The translations under genes and the position numbers were made by a program. A stretch of DNA of 28,013 nucleotides, taken from a virus (taxonomy: Duplodnaviria; Caudoviricetes). The stretch spans positions 1 to 28,013 of the IMG/VR virus record IMGVR_UViG_3300013738_000005; one strand, written 5' to 3'. The notes beneath the pieces were generated by a model. The model did not search any database and was not told where the DNA came from. It worked only from the letters and a program-made list of their open reading frames with translations. Below, in pieces: positions 8,077 to 17,169 of this stretch; the first letter of the stretch is position 1, and the number at the start of each line of letters is the position of its first letter.

Positions 8077-9222
8077 TCAGTTCTCCCGCACGGCCTGGCC
8101 GTTCTTCATGCCATAGACGGCCAGTTTCGATCGCTTCGGCTTTGGTTTCCCGGATGCTGCCCCAGTCCTGGCTACCGTGGCTTCATTACGCACGCGGCAC
8201 ACCGACACATCGGTCCGGTAGCCGCCGCTGCGGTCCAGGCTATGGCTGCTCGCGGTAACCAGGTAGCGGCCGTCCAGCTTGCCGGTGCCTTCCAGCGCTA
8301 ACACGCTGCCCGACACCAGCCGCGGCCGCCCCTGCATCGGCAGACTGCCTTGCGTCTGCTCGCGGTTCTTGCGGGCAAGGTCTGCCTGTGCCTTGGCCAT
8401 TGCCTCGGCCGAGGTTGCCGCACCGCCAGTCTTCTTGACCGTGTCGGCGCTGGTCGTAGCCTTCTTCACGCTGCTCTTTGCGGCAGGCACGGCCTCGCCG
8501 TTCTTCATTTCATACGTCACCAGCTCGCCCGTTCCCGGGTTCTTGCTCTTGACCTGAACGGCCGCCGGAACATCCTTCAACTGGTCGCGAATCCGCCAGC
8601 CGGGCCCAAGGTCGGCCTGACTCACGGTGCCCACGGGCCGCGCGCGCGCCAGCTCGGCGATCGAATGAAACACCAGCTGGTTGCCGACGATCTTGAACGC
8701 GTAGTCGTAATCGCTGGCCAGCTTCGTGAGAAACGCCACGTCGGACTCGCTCTGCGTGACCCGTTCCAGCGGAATACGCTGGATGGCGCCAACCAGCGTC
8801 AGACCCAGCCGCTGGGCAACGCGCCGCGCAATGCCGTCGAGCGTGGTCTTTTCATAGGCGATGTGCTGCGTGGTGCGTACCGCGGTCTGTATGCCCGTGG
8901 CCAGGCCCCGGATGGAGACGACACTCGGCACACCACCGAACTCGATCTCGTCGATCACAAAGCGGCCGCACGGCACCAGCGGCTCGCCCTGCCAGCCGAT
9001 CTCTACCGACAGGGTGTCGCCCTTGCCGGGATACCAGCTATCGCGCCAGCGGCCGTCGACGTCCTCGAGTTCAAGTTCCACTTCATCGGACTGCCCGCTC
9101 AGATGATCGCTGTAGGTCAGGCGGATCAGCGAATCCGTCAGGTCGTTGGTGATGTCCTTCTGCTGATACCGCACCACGTAGCGGCTGCGGACCAGTGTCT
9201 CGGGCAGGCTCAGCGCATCCAT
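8077..9222 (-). CDS. Phage late control D family (baseplate hub) protein
   Basis: Start MDALSLP overlapping the gpX end; YSDHLSGQSDEVELELED...WYPGKGD...TQSESDVAFL. Confidence 0.9.
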   Translation of the reverse strand: MDALSLPETLVRSRYVVRYQQKDITNDLTDSLIRLTYSDHLSGQSDEVELELEDVDGRWRDSWYPGKGDTLSVEIGWQGEPLVPCGRFVIDEIEFGGVPSVVSIRGLATGIQTAVRTTQHIAYEKTTLDGIARRVAQRLGLTLVGAIQRIPLERVTQSESDVAFLTKLASDYDYAFKIVGNQLVFHSIAELARARPVGTVSQADLGPGWRIRDQLKDVPAAVQVKSKNPGTGELVTYEMKNGEAVPAAKSSVKKATTSADTVKKTGGAATSAEAMAKAQADLARKNREQTQGSLPMQGRPRLVSGSVLALEGTGKLDGRYLVTASSHSLDRSGGYRTDVSVCRVRNEATVARTGAASGKPKPKRSKLAVYGMKNGQAVREN

Positions 9223-9482
9223 GGCGGCAATGCCTCCGACGATTCCGTGGATGCTGCGGGCAGCAGAGGAATGATCAGCCGCACGCCGGCTGGCAGCGCC
9301 GCCACAAGCGGCACGTGCGGGTTGGCGTCGACAATCGGCACATAGCGCGCTGCGTCGCCGTAATAGCGATACGCCAGCGCATCCCAGGTCTCGCCTTCCA
9401 TGGCGATGTGAGTGAGGTAACCTGCTGCGTTCATGGCTACGTTCATGGCTGCGTTCGTGGGAGCGTTCATGGATGCCTTCAT
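9210..9482 (-). CDS. Tail protein X (LysM-like)
   Basis: HIAMEGETWDALAYRYYGD...ANPH...LPPW; true start ambiguous because of N-terminal 12-bp repeats. Confidence 0.88.
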   Translation of the reverse strand: MKASMNAPTNAAMNVAMNAAGYLTHIAMEGETWDALAYRYYGDAARYVPIVDANPHVPLVAALPAGVRLIIPLLPAASTESSEALPPWMR

Positions 9483-10339
9483 GGTTGTCTCGTTGCCACG
9501 CGCGCCGCCAGCCGAGTGAGCGCAGGCCGCGCTTCGTCCAGCGCCTGCACGCCGCCGTGCACGAAGCCGGATGCGCGCTCCAGTTGTTCGAACACCGTCG
9601 CCGCCTGCGGCGCACGCAGCGCGTCACGGATGCCGATTGTGCTGCTGGCCAGCATGCCGCCCAGTTCGGCCAGGCCATCGAGATTCGAGATGCCATCTGC
9701 AGCCGCCTGCATACCCAGCACCGAGCGCATCGCGTCGCCAGCCCTGCGGCTGATGCCCGGCAGTTGCTGCAACGCCACCAGCGGATTGGCGGTCAGGCTC
9801 TGCGCATCGCGGATCAGGGAATTCACGCTTCGAATGGCATTGTCCGCCGTGCGGGCATGGCCAAGCGCCGTCTGCACCGCGCTGGCCGGGCCCGCCGGCG
9901 TACTCAGGGCGTCCGGCAGGCTGTTGCGGCCGACGATGCCTGGCGTGGCCTTTGGCCGTTTGAACTCGCCGGCATATTCCCGCAACGTCAATGAGAGCTG
10001 GGCGGACAGCAGCCGGCCACCAGCAGTGGATTTCGTGGCCGTCACGGTGCCCTCCGTGATCGCCCACGGACCGCGATAATCGCCGTCGCCCGTTACCCAT
10101 GCCAGTGGCTCCATTGCGGCAACTGCCGCCCGGATCTGGCGCAGGCGTTCCTCTACGTCGCCCAGCACGTAGTGCAGTTTGATCTCCAGCGAAATCTCGT
10201 CAAGGCTCGCGTGGACCGCTTCCAGCCGGGGCTTGCGCGAGATCAGCGCGTGCTCGGCATACTCGCCCGCGAAGCGATGGGTCATCCCTTCCGGACTGCC
10301 GACAACTTCAAACTCGATATTTCCCAGGATGGCCCACAT
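9479..10339 (-). CDS. P2 gpU-like tail protein with C-terminal extension
   Basis: MWAILGNIEF...YAEHALISRKPRLE...GDYRGPWAI...LTLREY; follows the tape measure gene. Confidence 0.85.
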   Translation of the reverse strand: MWAILGNIEFEVVGSPEGMTHRFAGEYAEHALISRKPRLEAVHASLDEISLEIKLHYVLGDVEERLRQIRAAVAAMEPLAWVTGDGDYRGPWAITEGTVTATKSTAGGRLLSAQLSLTLREYAGEFKRPKATPGIVGRNSLPDALSTPAGPASAVQTALGHARTADNAIRSVNSLIRDAQSLTANPLVALQQLPGISRRAGDAMRSVLGMQAAADGISNLDGLAELGGMLASSTIGIRDALRAPQAATVFEQLERASGFVHGGVQALDEARPALTRLAARVATRQP

Positions 10340-12873
10340 CAGATATCTCCATAGGCGCGGCGGCTCCTGCGCGCTTCGTATTGCTGCATGAGACGTTCGA
10401 ACTCGGCATAGGACGACTGCAGCCCAAGGCGAACCTGCTCGCGCACGTTGTTAGCGTCACCGCCGCTCATCGTCACCTGGATGTTCGGTGCGAATGTCAC
10501 CGTCATTGCGCCGTGACCGCCGACCGCGCCGGGCGCCGTCGATGGTGGTGCGGGAATGGACAGTGGCGGCGGTGCCGGCAGCGAGAGGCCATCCATGGCA
10601 AAAGCGGGGCTGGCCAGCGTGACCGCCGCGGCCGCCGCCATGCCCAGCGCCGCGTCGCGCACCATGCCCGTACTTCCATCGATGCCCTTTGCGGCACCTT
10701 CCGGCACGCCTGCGCCCAGCTCCATGAAGACCTTGCTCGGCGAGTTGATGCCAAGCGTCTGCTTGAACCAGCCGACCGCATCCTCGCCAATGCCGACAAT
10801 CGTGTCGCGCACCGTGCTACCCATGTCGGCGATGCCGTCGACCAGACCCTGCACCAGCATGGTTCCGAAGTCTGAGAACTTCCCCGGCAGCTCAATACCG
10901 AAGTAGCTCATCACCCCGGCAAACGCGCTATAAAAAAGGCCCAGTGGCGACCAGTCCAGGATCAGCGCGCCAACGCCCGCAAGCCCGCCATCGAAGGCGG
11001 TCTCCACCTCGGTCCATAGACCGTCGACGATTTTCGTCAGGCGTTCCCATGCGCCGTCGAACGTCTCCCGCACGGAGTCCCACAGGCCGGAAAAGAATTC
11101 GCTGATCGGTTCCCAGTGCTTGTAGATCAGGTACGCGGCAATGCCGATGCCGGTGATCAGCAGGCCGATCGGATTCATCAGCAGCGCGCGGCCGAGGAAC
11201 GATATGGCCTTGGCGGCCAGCGACAGGCCCGACAGCAGCTTGCCGGCAAGCACTTTGCCGAGACCCGAGGCGAGCATTGCCCCTCGCTTGAGAAGCGGCA
11301 CCATCAACGTCATTTGGCCGCGTAGCAGTGCCCAGCCGGCGCGTGTCCTGGCAACGCCGGTACGCAACTGCGCCAGCGGCGTGCGCACCAGGAACGAAAA
11401 GCCCAGGGCCAGCCCGGGGACGGCCAGCTTGAAGGCGGCGGTGACGGCGGCGAGTCTGACCAGGCCCTTGATCAGCCCCGGATTCGCTTGCGCAAATTCC
11501 CGTACGCGAGTGACAACCGGCTGCAGGACATCGGCCAGCTTTAGCATCTCTGGCAGCAGAACGTCGCCGATGTCCTCCCCCAGACCGCTGACATTGAGCC
11601 GCAGCTTCTTGAACTGTTCTCCGGGCGACTGCATACGCCGCGCCACGAGATCGTCGAGGGCGCCCGTGCCGTCCGTTGCGGCCATCTGCCGGTGTTCGGC
11701 CTTGTTGTTGACGCTGGTCAGCGCAAAGCGGGCCGCGTTGGCGTCCTGGAATACGCCGCCAAGGCCCATGCGCTGCAGCAGGCTGGCGATCTGGGCGTCG
11801 TTGCCGCCCTTGAGCAGCGCCTGCTGGTCCTTCGTGCCCAGTTTTTCCTGCAGCAAGCTGCCCGCCAGTTCCAGGCTGGCCTGGTACTCGCTGAGCCCAT
11901 GGGACTGCAGCGCCGCCATTTGTCCGTTGTAATCGATGTTCGCGGATTTGAGGGCGCCAGCCAGAGCGTCTTTGTCGCTGCCCTGCAGCCAGCTTGCCAG
12001 GCCCGCACGGGCGTTGTCGGCGCCCATGCTGCGCTCGGCAAGCTGCAGGCCCGCGGCCATGTCGCCAATTGTCCGTTCGCCCTTCAGGCCGGAACCCTTG
12101 ATGATGCCGCCAATTTCTTCGAACGTCTGCACCATCATCGCGGGATTGAACTTGCCTTGCTGGCCAATGGCCATGAGCTGGTCCAGCCCGCGCCGCATGC
12201 TTTCGGGGGCTTCGGCCCCCATTTCGCGCAAGGTGTTCATTGCGCCGGTGGTTGCCTCGGTCGATGTGCGCAGGGCCGTCATGACGTTGCCCATCTGCGG
12301 GATCATCGAAACGGCCTGGTCGAAGCTCGCACCGCCGCCCATCAGTTGCTGGCTGCCGGCCAGCAGCGCGGCGCTGTCCTGGTTGGTGGGGCCCACCGCC
12401 GCGCGGACGGCGCTGCCTAGTTGCGTCTCTTGTTCGGCACTGAGATTGGCGCCGATGCGCACATTGCGCACACCGTCCTGAAATGCGGCCGCTTGACCGA
12501 TGGTGGCCCCAACGCCCTTGACTGCGGTCCACACGGCCATGGCGAAACCCGCCAACTTGCTCAGTTCTCGCCGCTGTTGACGCGCAAGCCTCGTGCTGCG
12601 TGCGGTTGCCTCGCCAATTGCGGCCTGTGCGCTTTTGACCCTGAGCAAGGCTGCGTCAATTTCTTGGTACTGCTTGAGCTGCCCGGCCAGTGCGCCCCTG
12701 TCTCTTGCAAGTCCGATCAGCATGGCGCTCCGCAGGCTCTGTTGCTGGGTTTTCAGCTTGCGCATGACGGTGTCAGTGCCAAATGCCGCAGCGTGATTGC
12801 CCCCGCTTGCGGCCTTCGGCGTGCCTGCAGCACCCCCTTTGGTCTTGAGACCGGCCAGAGCTTCACTTACCAT
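10339..12873 (-). CDS. Tail tape measure protein
   Basis: 844 aa, Ala/Gly/Leu-rich; NPIGLLITGIGIAAYLIYKHWEPI, W/F repeats, LGINSPSKVF. Confidence 0.93.
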   Translation of the reverse strand: MVSEALAGLKTKGGAAGTPKAASGGNHAAAFGTDTVMRKLKTQQQSLRSAMLIGLARDRGALAGQLKQYQEIDAALLRVKSAQAAIGEATARSTRLARQQRRELSKLAGFAMAVWTAVKGVGATIGQAAAFQDGVRNVRIGANLSAEQETQLGSAVRAAVGPTNQDSAALLAGSQQLMGGGASFDQAVSMIPQMGNVMTALRTSTEATTGAMNTLREMGAEAPESMRRGLDQLMAIGQQGKFNPAMMVQTFEEIGGIIKGSGLKGERTIGDMAAGLQLAERSMGADNARAGLASWLQGSDKDALAGALKSANIDYNGQMAALQSHGLSEYQASLELAGSLLQEKLGTKDQQALLKGGNDAQIASLLQRMGLGGVFQDANAARFALTSVNNKAEHRQMAATDGTGALDDLVARRMQSPGEQFKKLRLNVSGLGEDIGDVLLPEMLKLADVLQPVVTRVREFAQANPGLIKGLVRLAAVTAAFKLAVPGLALGFSFLVRTPLAQLRTGVARTRAGWALLRGQMTLMVPLLKRGAMLASGLGKVLAGKLLSGLSLAAKAISFLGRALLMNPIGLLITGIGIAAYLIYKHWEPISEFFSGLWDSVRETFDGAWERLTKIVDGLWTEVETAFDGGLAGVGALILDWSPLGLFYSAFAGVMSYFGIELPGKFSDFGTMLVQGLVDGIADMGSTVRDTIVGIGEDAVGWFKQTLGINSPSKVFMELGAGVPEGAAKGIDGSTGMVRDAALGMAAAAAVTLASPAFAMDGLSLPAPPPLSIPAPPSTAPGAVGGHGAMTVTFAPNIQVTMSGGDANNVREQVRLGLQSSYAEFERLMQQYEARRSRRAYGDI

Positions 12874-12901
12874 TTTCGTTTGATTTCCTGTGATCCGCGT
12901 T

Positions 12902-13222
12902 ATGACGAATGAAGTTCGTGAGACCGATGTTGACGGCTATGCGCCCGCCCGTGTACTCGACATTGCATTCCGTGTACTGGTGGTTGCACAGCCTGTCGCG
13001 CTGGCAATCTGGGTGGCCATGTTTGCGCCATCCCAGTGGACATCATTTGTCGGACTGACATTGGGCGGGGCTCCTATCGTGATGCTTGCGATCTTCCTCT
13101 TTGCCGGTGTCGGTGCGGTGCTGGCCGCGCTGCTTACCGTTCCCGTTCAACTCCTCTACGCCTGTGCCAAGGGATTTGCCGAGGGCGTTGCAGAAGAAGC
13201 GAAATCAAGGCGGTCCAGGTAG
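12902..13222 (+). CDS. Small membrane protein (moron, antisense to the tail operon)
   Basis: 106 aa from MTNE with 2-3 hydrophobic segments. Confidence 0.7.
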   Translation: MTNEVRETDVDGYAPARVLDIAFRVLVVAQPVALAIWVAMFAPSQWTSFVGLTLGGAPIVMLAIFLFAGVGAVLAALLTVPVQLLYACAKGFAEGVAEEAKSRRSR

Positions 13223-13275
13223 CCCACGCAGACTTCACTTCAGATGGTTCTCCTGCTTTTCCTTTGACCCTTGTC

Positions 13276-13752
13276 ATGACCAATGAATGCCGCTGTCACG
13301 CTGAATGCCGCTGTCGCAATGAATCCATCGATCATGCTGAAGCTCTGGAATGCTTGCGCGATGAAGAGCGCCGCTTCTACCTCAGCTTTGCCCCTCCCCC
13401 TGCACGGGTAGCCACAGAGCGTGCGTTCTACGTGTCGTATTGGGTGCTGTTGTTTGCGATTCCGGCCGGTCTGCTCATCGGGCTGGTCATTCTGTTGAAC
13501 TCCTTTTATTCGATCGCCAGTGTGGGATTCTGGGTGGCGCTCTGGTTTGCGTTCCTGTTCGTTGCATTTTTGGCATGGCCTGCGTGGGATGTAGGGATGA
13601 ATCCGTTTGCCGTGATTGACGTTCCCGCCCGAATCGGTGCGGTACTGACGGCAGCGGCGGTGGCGGTGGCGGTGACGGTGGCGGTGACGGTGGCGGTGAC
13701 GGCAACATCCATCGTTGTGTACATCCGTCACCGCATCGTCAACCGCCGCTAG
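13276..13752 (+). CDS. Membrane protein (moron), probable paralogue of the preceding gene
   Basis: 158 aa from MTNE; Cys/His-rich N-terminus, about three hydrophobic segments, (AV/TV)n repeat. Confidence 0.7.
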   Translation: MTNECRCHAECRCRNESIDHAEALECLRDEERRFYLSFAPPPARVATERAFYVSYWVLLFAIPAGLLIGLVILLNSFYSIASVGFWVALWFAFLFVAFLAWPAWDVGMNPFAVIDVPARIGAVLTAAAVAVAVTVAVTVAVTATSIVVYIRHRIVNRR

Positions 13753-13935
13753 CCTGACTGCGCCCTGGCGCTGGCCTTCTCCTGCGCCAGCTCAAACCAG
13801 TTCCAGTAATCCTCCATCTCCAGCGCGTCGATTTCCGTCGGCTGCAGCTTCAGTACCAGCAGCAGCCACGCATCAACCGTTTGCAGAGCGCTGTGCGGGC
13901 ACCGGCCCATTCCCATTGCCTGCCATTTCCCGAAA
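13749..13935 (-). CDS. GpE'/GT-type tail chaperone extension, in the +1 frame relative to the chaperone (absent from the ORF track)
   Basis: Open from TTT CGG (13935-13930): FGKWQAMGMGRCPHSALQTVDAWLLLVLKLQPTEIDALEMEDYWNWFELAQEKASARAQSG*; resembles the PSEIDAM...W motif of P2 GpE'. Confidence 0.7.
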
Positions 13936-14157
13936 CTGCCGCACCAGTTCGGTGTTATCCGCCAGGTCTAGCTGGTCGATGTCTTCCATCGTCAGGCCCG
14001 TAAGCGAGGCAAACAGGAACGCCTCCTGGTCGGCTTCGTTGTCGGAGAACTTGGCGGCGGCGCGCAGATCGGCGCGCTTGCCGCGGCGCATCGTGAGTTT
14101 TTCGATGCGAAGGCCGTCAGCAGCGGTAATCGGGTGCTTCAGGATGATTTCAACCAT
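13873..14157 (-). CDS. Tail assembly chaperone (Mu gp41/P2 gpE-like)
   Basis: Start MVEIILKHPI; LTMRRGKRADL...LTGLTMEDIDQLDLAD; follows the tube gene. Confidence 0.88.
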   Translation of the reverse strand: MVEIILKHPITAADGLRIEKLTMRRGKRADLRAAAKFSDNEADQEAFLFASLTGLTMEDIDQLDLADNTELVRQFREMAGNGNGPVPAQRSANG

Positions 14158-14192
14158 GTCGGGCTCCAGTGAGGGAAAGTATCTGAGCCCCC

Positions 14193-14234
14193 ATCGTCGC
14201 AGCGGCCGCGCGTGCCGTCTTTTAATCCCCATTA
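14193..14234 (-). promoter_or_regulatory. Putative activator-dependent late promoter (chaperone-tape measure operon)
   Basis: TAATGGGGATTAAAAG-N20-GACGAT, immediately after a terminator. Confidence 0.7.
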
Positions 14235-14251
14235 AGTCAGGCTGCCCAAAC

Positions 14252-14281
14252 AAAAAAACCGCCCGGGGAAACCGGGCGGTT
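14252..14281 (-). terminator. Rho-independent terminator after the tail tube gene
   Basis: ACCGCCCGG-TTTCC-CCGGGCGGT stem-loop running into a T7 tract on the minus strand. Confidence 0.9.
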
Positions 14282-14307
14282 CTAGAGGGTGCTGCAGCGA
14301 TGGAAAA

Positions 14308-14832
14308 TTACGCCATCCCAAGGTTTGCGCGGAAGGTAGCCAGCTTGTCCTTGCCATCCACTCGGAAGATGTTGGCCAGGTAGTCCAGCATCAGCACCTC
14401 GCGGCCGTCGATCAGTTGGCGGATCGACGTGGCCGTGAACGGGCTTTCATACTTCGCCGGTTCGCGGGCCTTGTACGAGCCAAGCTGATAGCCCTTGAAG
14501 GTGACGGTGAGCAGCGATACCAGCGGCAGTTCCGCAATGCGCCCCTGGCTGGTATGCACGGAGATGCTCGAACGGCACTGCAAGTTGACCGATTCGAACG
14601 GGTTGGCCGTCAGCCTGGCCGCATCTTCATAGAGGCTGCTCCAGACGATCTTGCCTTCGATTTTCTCCAGGCCATCGGGCAGCTCGATCGCGCCCACCAT
14701 GCCAAGCCCCGAGTACTCGGAGGTCACGGCATTGATCGAGCCAAGATCGCATTCTTCCGCGCGGCCAAAGAACGAATTGCCATCGAGATACACCGCTGCG
14801 TTGGTGATCCGGTGAACCTGTGCGCCCGCCAT
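14308..14832 (-). CDS. Major tail tube protein (P2 FII-like)
   Basis: 174 aa after the sheath gene; ITNAAVYLDGNSFFGRAEE...GLGMVG...DYLANIFRVDGKD. Confidence 0.92.
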   Translation of the reverse strand: MAGAQVHRITNAAVYLDGNSFFGRAEECDLGSINAVTSEYSGLGMVGAIELPDGLEKIEGKIVWSSLYEDAARLTANPFESVNLQCRSSISVHTSQGRIAELPLVSLLTVTFKGYQLGSYKAREPAKYESPFTATSIRQLIDGREVLMLDYLANIFRVDGKDKLATFRANLGMA

Positions 14833-14833
14833 G

Positions 14834-16264
14834 TCAGTTACCTCCCTTCAGGTTGGCGAGATACTCGCCGGTGATTTCGGTTTCGAACGTGCCACGCTCG
14901 AAAGGCGGCGGCACGGTCAGCTTGTAGTTGAACAACGCGTGGCCGGCTTCCAGCTCGGTGATCGGGTTGCGGTTCGGATCGAACCAGCATTCGCCGCCGA
15001 GCAGCGCGCCGTCGCCAATCAGCTTGCGGAGAAACTGGTTGACGCTCTCCACGACATCCTCGACCAGCGCAGGGCTGATCGGGCGATCGGCAAACTGCAG
15101 TGCCGAGTATCGGATCGATTCATCGACGATATCCTTCGTGCGGCGCACGTTGATGAAGTTCTTCACGTGCGTCACGGCGGGCCAGGCGGCCGTGCGATTG
15201 CCCCAGGCGCGCAGGCCCGTGCCGAACGAATTGAACACCGTCACGATGCCAGCCTCGTTCAGCGCGTTGACCTCGCTTTGCGGATCATCGATGCGCGCGG
15301 TCAGTGGCCGCTCCACACCGATCACGCCCTTGAACTCGCTGTTCGACGGCGACCACCAGTACCCGCGCTCCAGGTCCTTTGCCGCAATCACGCCCGCCAG
15401 CCGCTGGCTCATCGGCTCCAGCCGCTCGCTGTCCGTCGCCGGATCGTAGGTGATCAGGTGCGGATAGCAGAGGATGGCGTGGCCGGAACTGGTATCGAAG
15501 TTGATGGTGCCCATGGGGCCGCGTCCTGCAATTGCCTGTGACGGGCTGATGCCGATCGGCGCGTCGATCAGCGCCTGGCCACCGAAGCGCTCGGCTGCCG
15601 CAATCATCGCCGTGGACACGGCCTTGGTCGTGCAGTACCCCGGCGCAAGGATCAGCTTGGCGAAGTAGCCAAAGAGGCTATATGCGTCGTCCAGCGCCTT
15701 GAGGCCAGTACGCAGCCCCGCTGCGTCCACCGCGCCGATGATGTCGGCCACGGTGACCTGCGCGGGGTCGGCGTAGCTGTAGCTGGCCAGCACAGTGGCG
15801 CCTGCCGGAATGGCGCCGCTCTCCCGGCGTTGCAGTCCGCCCGTTGCACAATCCAGGTCGTAATCGACGCCCCGCTGATAAGCGGTCTTGCCATCGCTGC
15901 TGGCCAGCGACGTCAATGCGATCACGGCCGGATGGTCCAGTCTGACGCGGCCGCTGGCCGCGAATGTCTGCACCTCGTTGCTGACTTCCGCGCGATGCCT
16001 GACTGGGTCCAGTACGTTGACGACCAGCACGGTGCCGGCGCCATGATCGTGAATGGCCTTGAGCGCGGCGGGAACGGTGAAGCCCGGCAGATCCGGGCCG
16101 AACTGGGCGCCGTCGCGGTCGGACAGGCACTGCGTGAGCGTATTGACCGCGCCCGCCGGAGCGGTGCCGATCAGGGCAATCACGGCGGATTTCACAACCC
16201 GGATCGGCCGGGCGCCGTGGTCTTTCTCGATCGTCTCGATACCGTGCAGGTAATTAGCGGCCAT
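14834..16264 (-). CDS. Contractile tail sheath protein (P2 FI-like)
   Basis: NYLHGIETIE...SAVIALIGTAP...YWWSPSN...WGNRT...FINVRRT. Confidence 0.96.
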   Translation of the reverse strand: MAANYLHGIETIEKDHGARPIRVVKSAVIALIGTAPAGAVNTLTQCLSDRDGAQFGPDLPGFTVPAALKAIHDHGAGTVLVVNVLDPVRHRAEVSNEVQTFAASGRVRLDHPAVIALTSLASSDGKTAYQRGVDYDLDCATGGLQRRESGAIPAGATVLASYSYADPAQVTVADIIGAVDAAGLRTGLKALDDAYSLFGYFAKLILAPGYCTTKAVSTAMIAAAERFGGQALIDAPIGISPSQAIAGRGPMGTINFDTSSGHAILCYPHLITYDPATDSERLEPMSQRLAGVIAAKDLERGYWWSPSNSEFKGVIGVERPLTARIDDPQSEVNALNEAGIVTVFNSFGTGLRAWGNRTAAWPAVTHVKNFINVRRTKDIVDESIRYSALQFADRPISPALVEDVVESVNQFLRKLIGDGALLGGECWFDPNRNPITELEAGHALFNYKLTVPPPFERGTFETEITGEYLANLKGGN

Positions 16265-16517
16265 GTTTCGATTCCTTGGTGGTGGCGGCCGGCGCCTTGC
16301 CGGTCAACGTTGCATCGGAGGCGGCCGACTGAACAGCCGCTGGCTGCGCCACTTCCTGCAGGCGCTGCTGCGCCAGCAGGGCCTGCGTAAAGCCGTGCTC
16401 CGCCGGCAAGCGGACAGTGCCGCCTGGATAAAGAAGGATGTCGAGCGTTTCACCGTCGACGGTAAGCGATGTGCCCGAGAACGGGCCGCTATAGCGATAA
16501 AGCGTCAGTTTGCTCAT
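16254..16517 (-). CDS. Small conserved phage protein upstream of the sheath (Mu gp38 position)
   Basis: YRYSGPFSGTSL...V.LPAEH; overlaps the sheath start. Confidence 0.75.
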   Translation of the reverse strand: MSKLTLYRYSGPFSGTSLTVDGETLDILLYPGGTVRLPAEHGFTQALLAQQRLQEVAQPAAVQSAASDATLTGKAPAATTKESKHGR

Positions 16518-17001
16518 GTGCGAGATCTTCGCCAAAGGAGTGTGGAAAGAGTGACCCGGGCGAACCGGGGCCTGCGGATTGCACGTGCACCGTGCGCGTG
16601 GACCAGTCCTGCGCGTACTGCCAGATGCCTGGTTGCTGCCCCAGGTACCGCTCCACGATCGGGCGCAGCGGCCGGTCGCAGTGCGCCGGCACGAATCCGG
16701 TCAGCGTGTCGCGCACGCGGTCCAGGTAGCAGATGACGCCGTGCGGGCCGTTCAACTGGCGAAACACGAGCGTGAGCGGCAACGTCAGTTCGCGCTCGGC
16801 CCACACGGCATCGGTCGAGCGGTCCGGGCCGTATTGGCCCTGGGAGAATCCCAGCAGCAGCGCGCCATGCGGATGGGTCAGGTGGAAGTCCTCCCGGACG
16901 TAGTCGACCTCCATCTCCTGCCCGAAGGCCCAACGCAGGCGCGTGAGCACGTCGTTCAAGATGGCCTGGGTAATACCGTCGCCATTGCCTGCGTTGCTCA
17001 T
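16489..17001 (-). CDS. Mu Gp37-family tail terminator/completion protein
   Basis: HLTHPHGALLLGF...RQLNG...LDRVR...LTGF...GIWQY; first intact gene after the head scar. Confidence 0.8.
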   Translation of the reverse strand: MSNAGNGDGITQAILNDVLTRLRWAFGQEMEVDYVREDFHLTHPHGALLLGFSQGQYGPDRSTDAVWAERELTLPLTLVFRQLNGPHGVICYLDRVRDTLTGFVPAHCDRPLRPIVERYLGQQPGIWQYAQDWSTRTVHVQSAGPGSPGSLFPHSFGEDLAHEQTDALSL

Positions 17002-17099
17002 GACAATCCGCATTGCGCAAGGCGCGCGTGTGTTGCCGTGGCCATGGGGTTGGCCTGTTGCAGATCAGCCAGCGTGAAGTTGTGCAGCGTCTTTTTCAT
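16998..17099 (-). pseudogene. 33-codon chimeric mini-ORF: probable protease (I) start fused to a gp36 head-tail adaptor relic
   Basis: MKKTLHNF|TLADLQQANP|MATATHARLAQCGLS*; follows the late promoter; stop overlaps the gp37 ATG (ATGA). Relic identities are from recalled family N-termini. Confidence 0.55.
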
Positions 17100-17127
17100 G
17101 AGCGGCTCGCGCGGTGGATATGCGAGC

Positions 17128-17169
17128 ACTCTGACGCGATTCGGGGCGGCCGGCTTTTAATCGACTTTA
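17128..17169 (-). promoter_or_regulatory. Putative activator-dependent late promoter (former head operon, now driving gp37-sheath-tube)
   Basis: TAAAGTCGATTAAAAG-N20-CAGAGT. Confidence 0.7.

Noticed and set aside
8077-9696. 539-aa version of gpD, and similarly extended starts at 3243, 14253, 18472, 24405 and 27534
   Set aside because: The extensions overlap neighbouring real genes. Internal ATGs match the family N-termini and gene coupling.
5654-12532. Long alternative ORFs (5654-7162 +, 8350-9345 +, 10928-12532 -, and similar ones elsewhere)
   Set aside because: Shadow frames of GC-rich genes with no recognisable motifs. None resembles a capsid, portal or terminase.
3098-17001. T6SS or eCIS (Afp/PVC) locus
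   Set aside because: Gene set and order are P2-like phage tail with a long tape measure and holin/endolysin/spanins. No membrane complex, ClpV, Afp15-type ATPase or effector genes are present.
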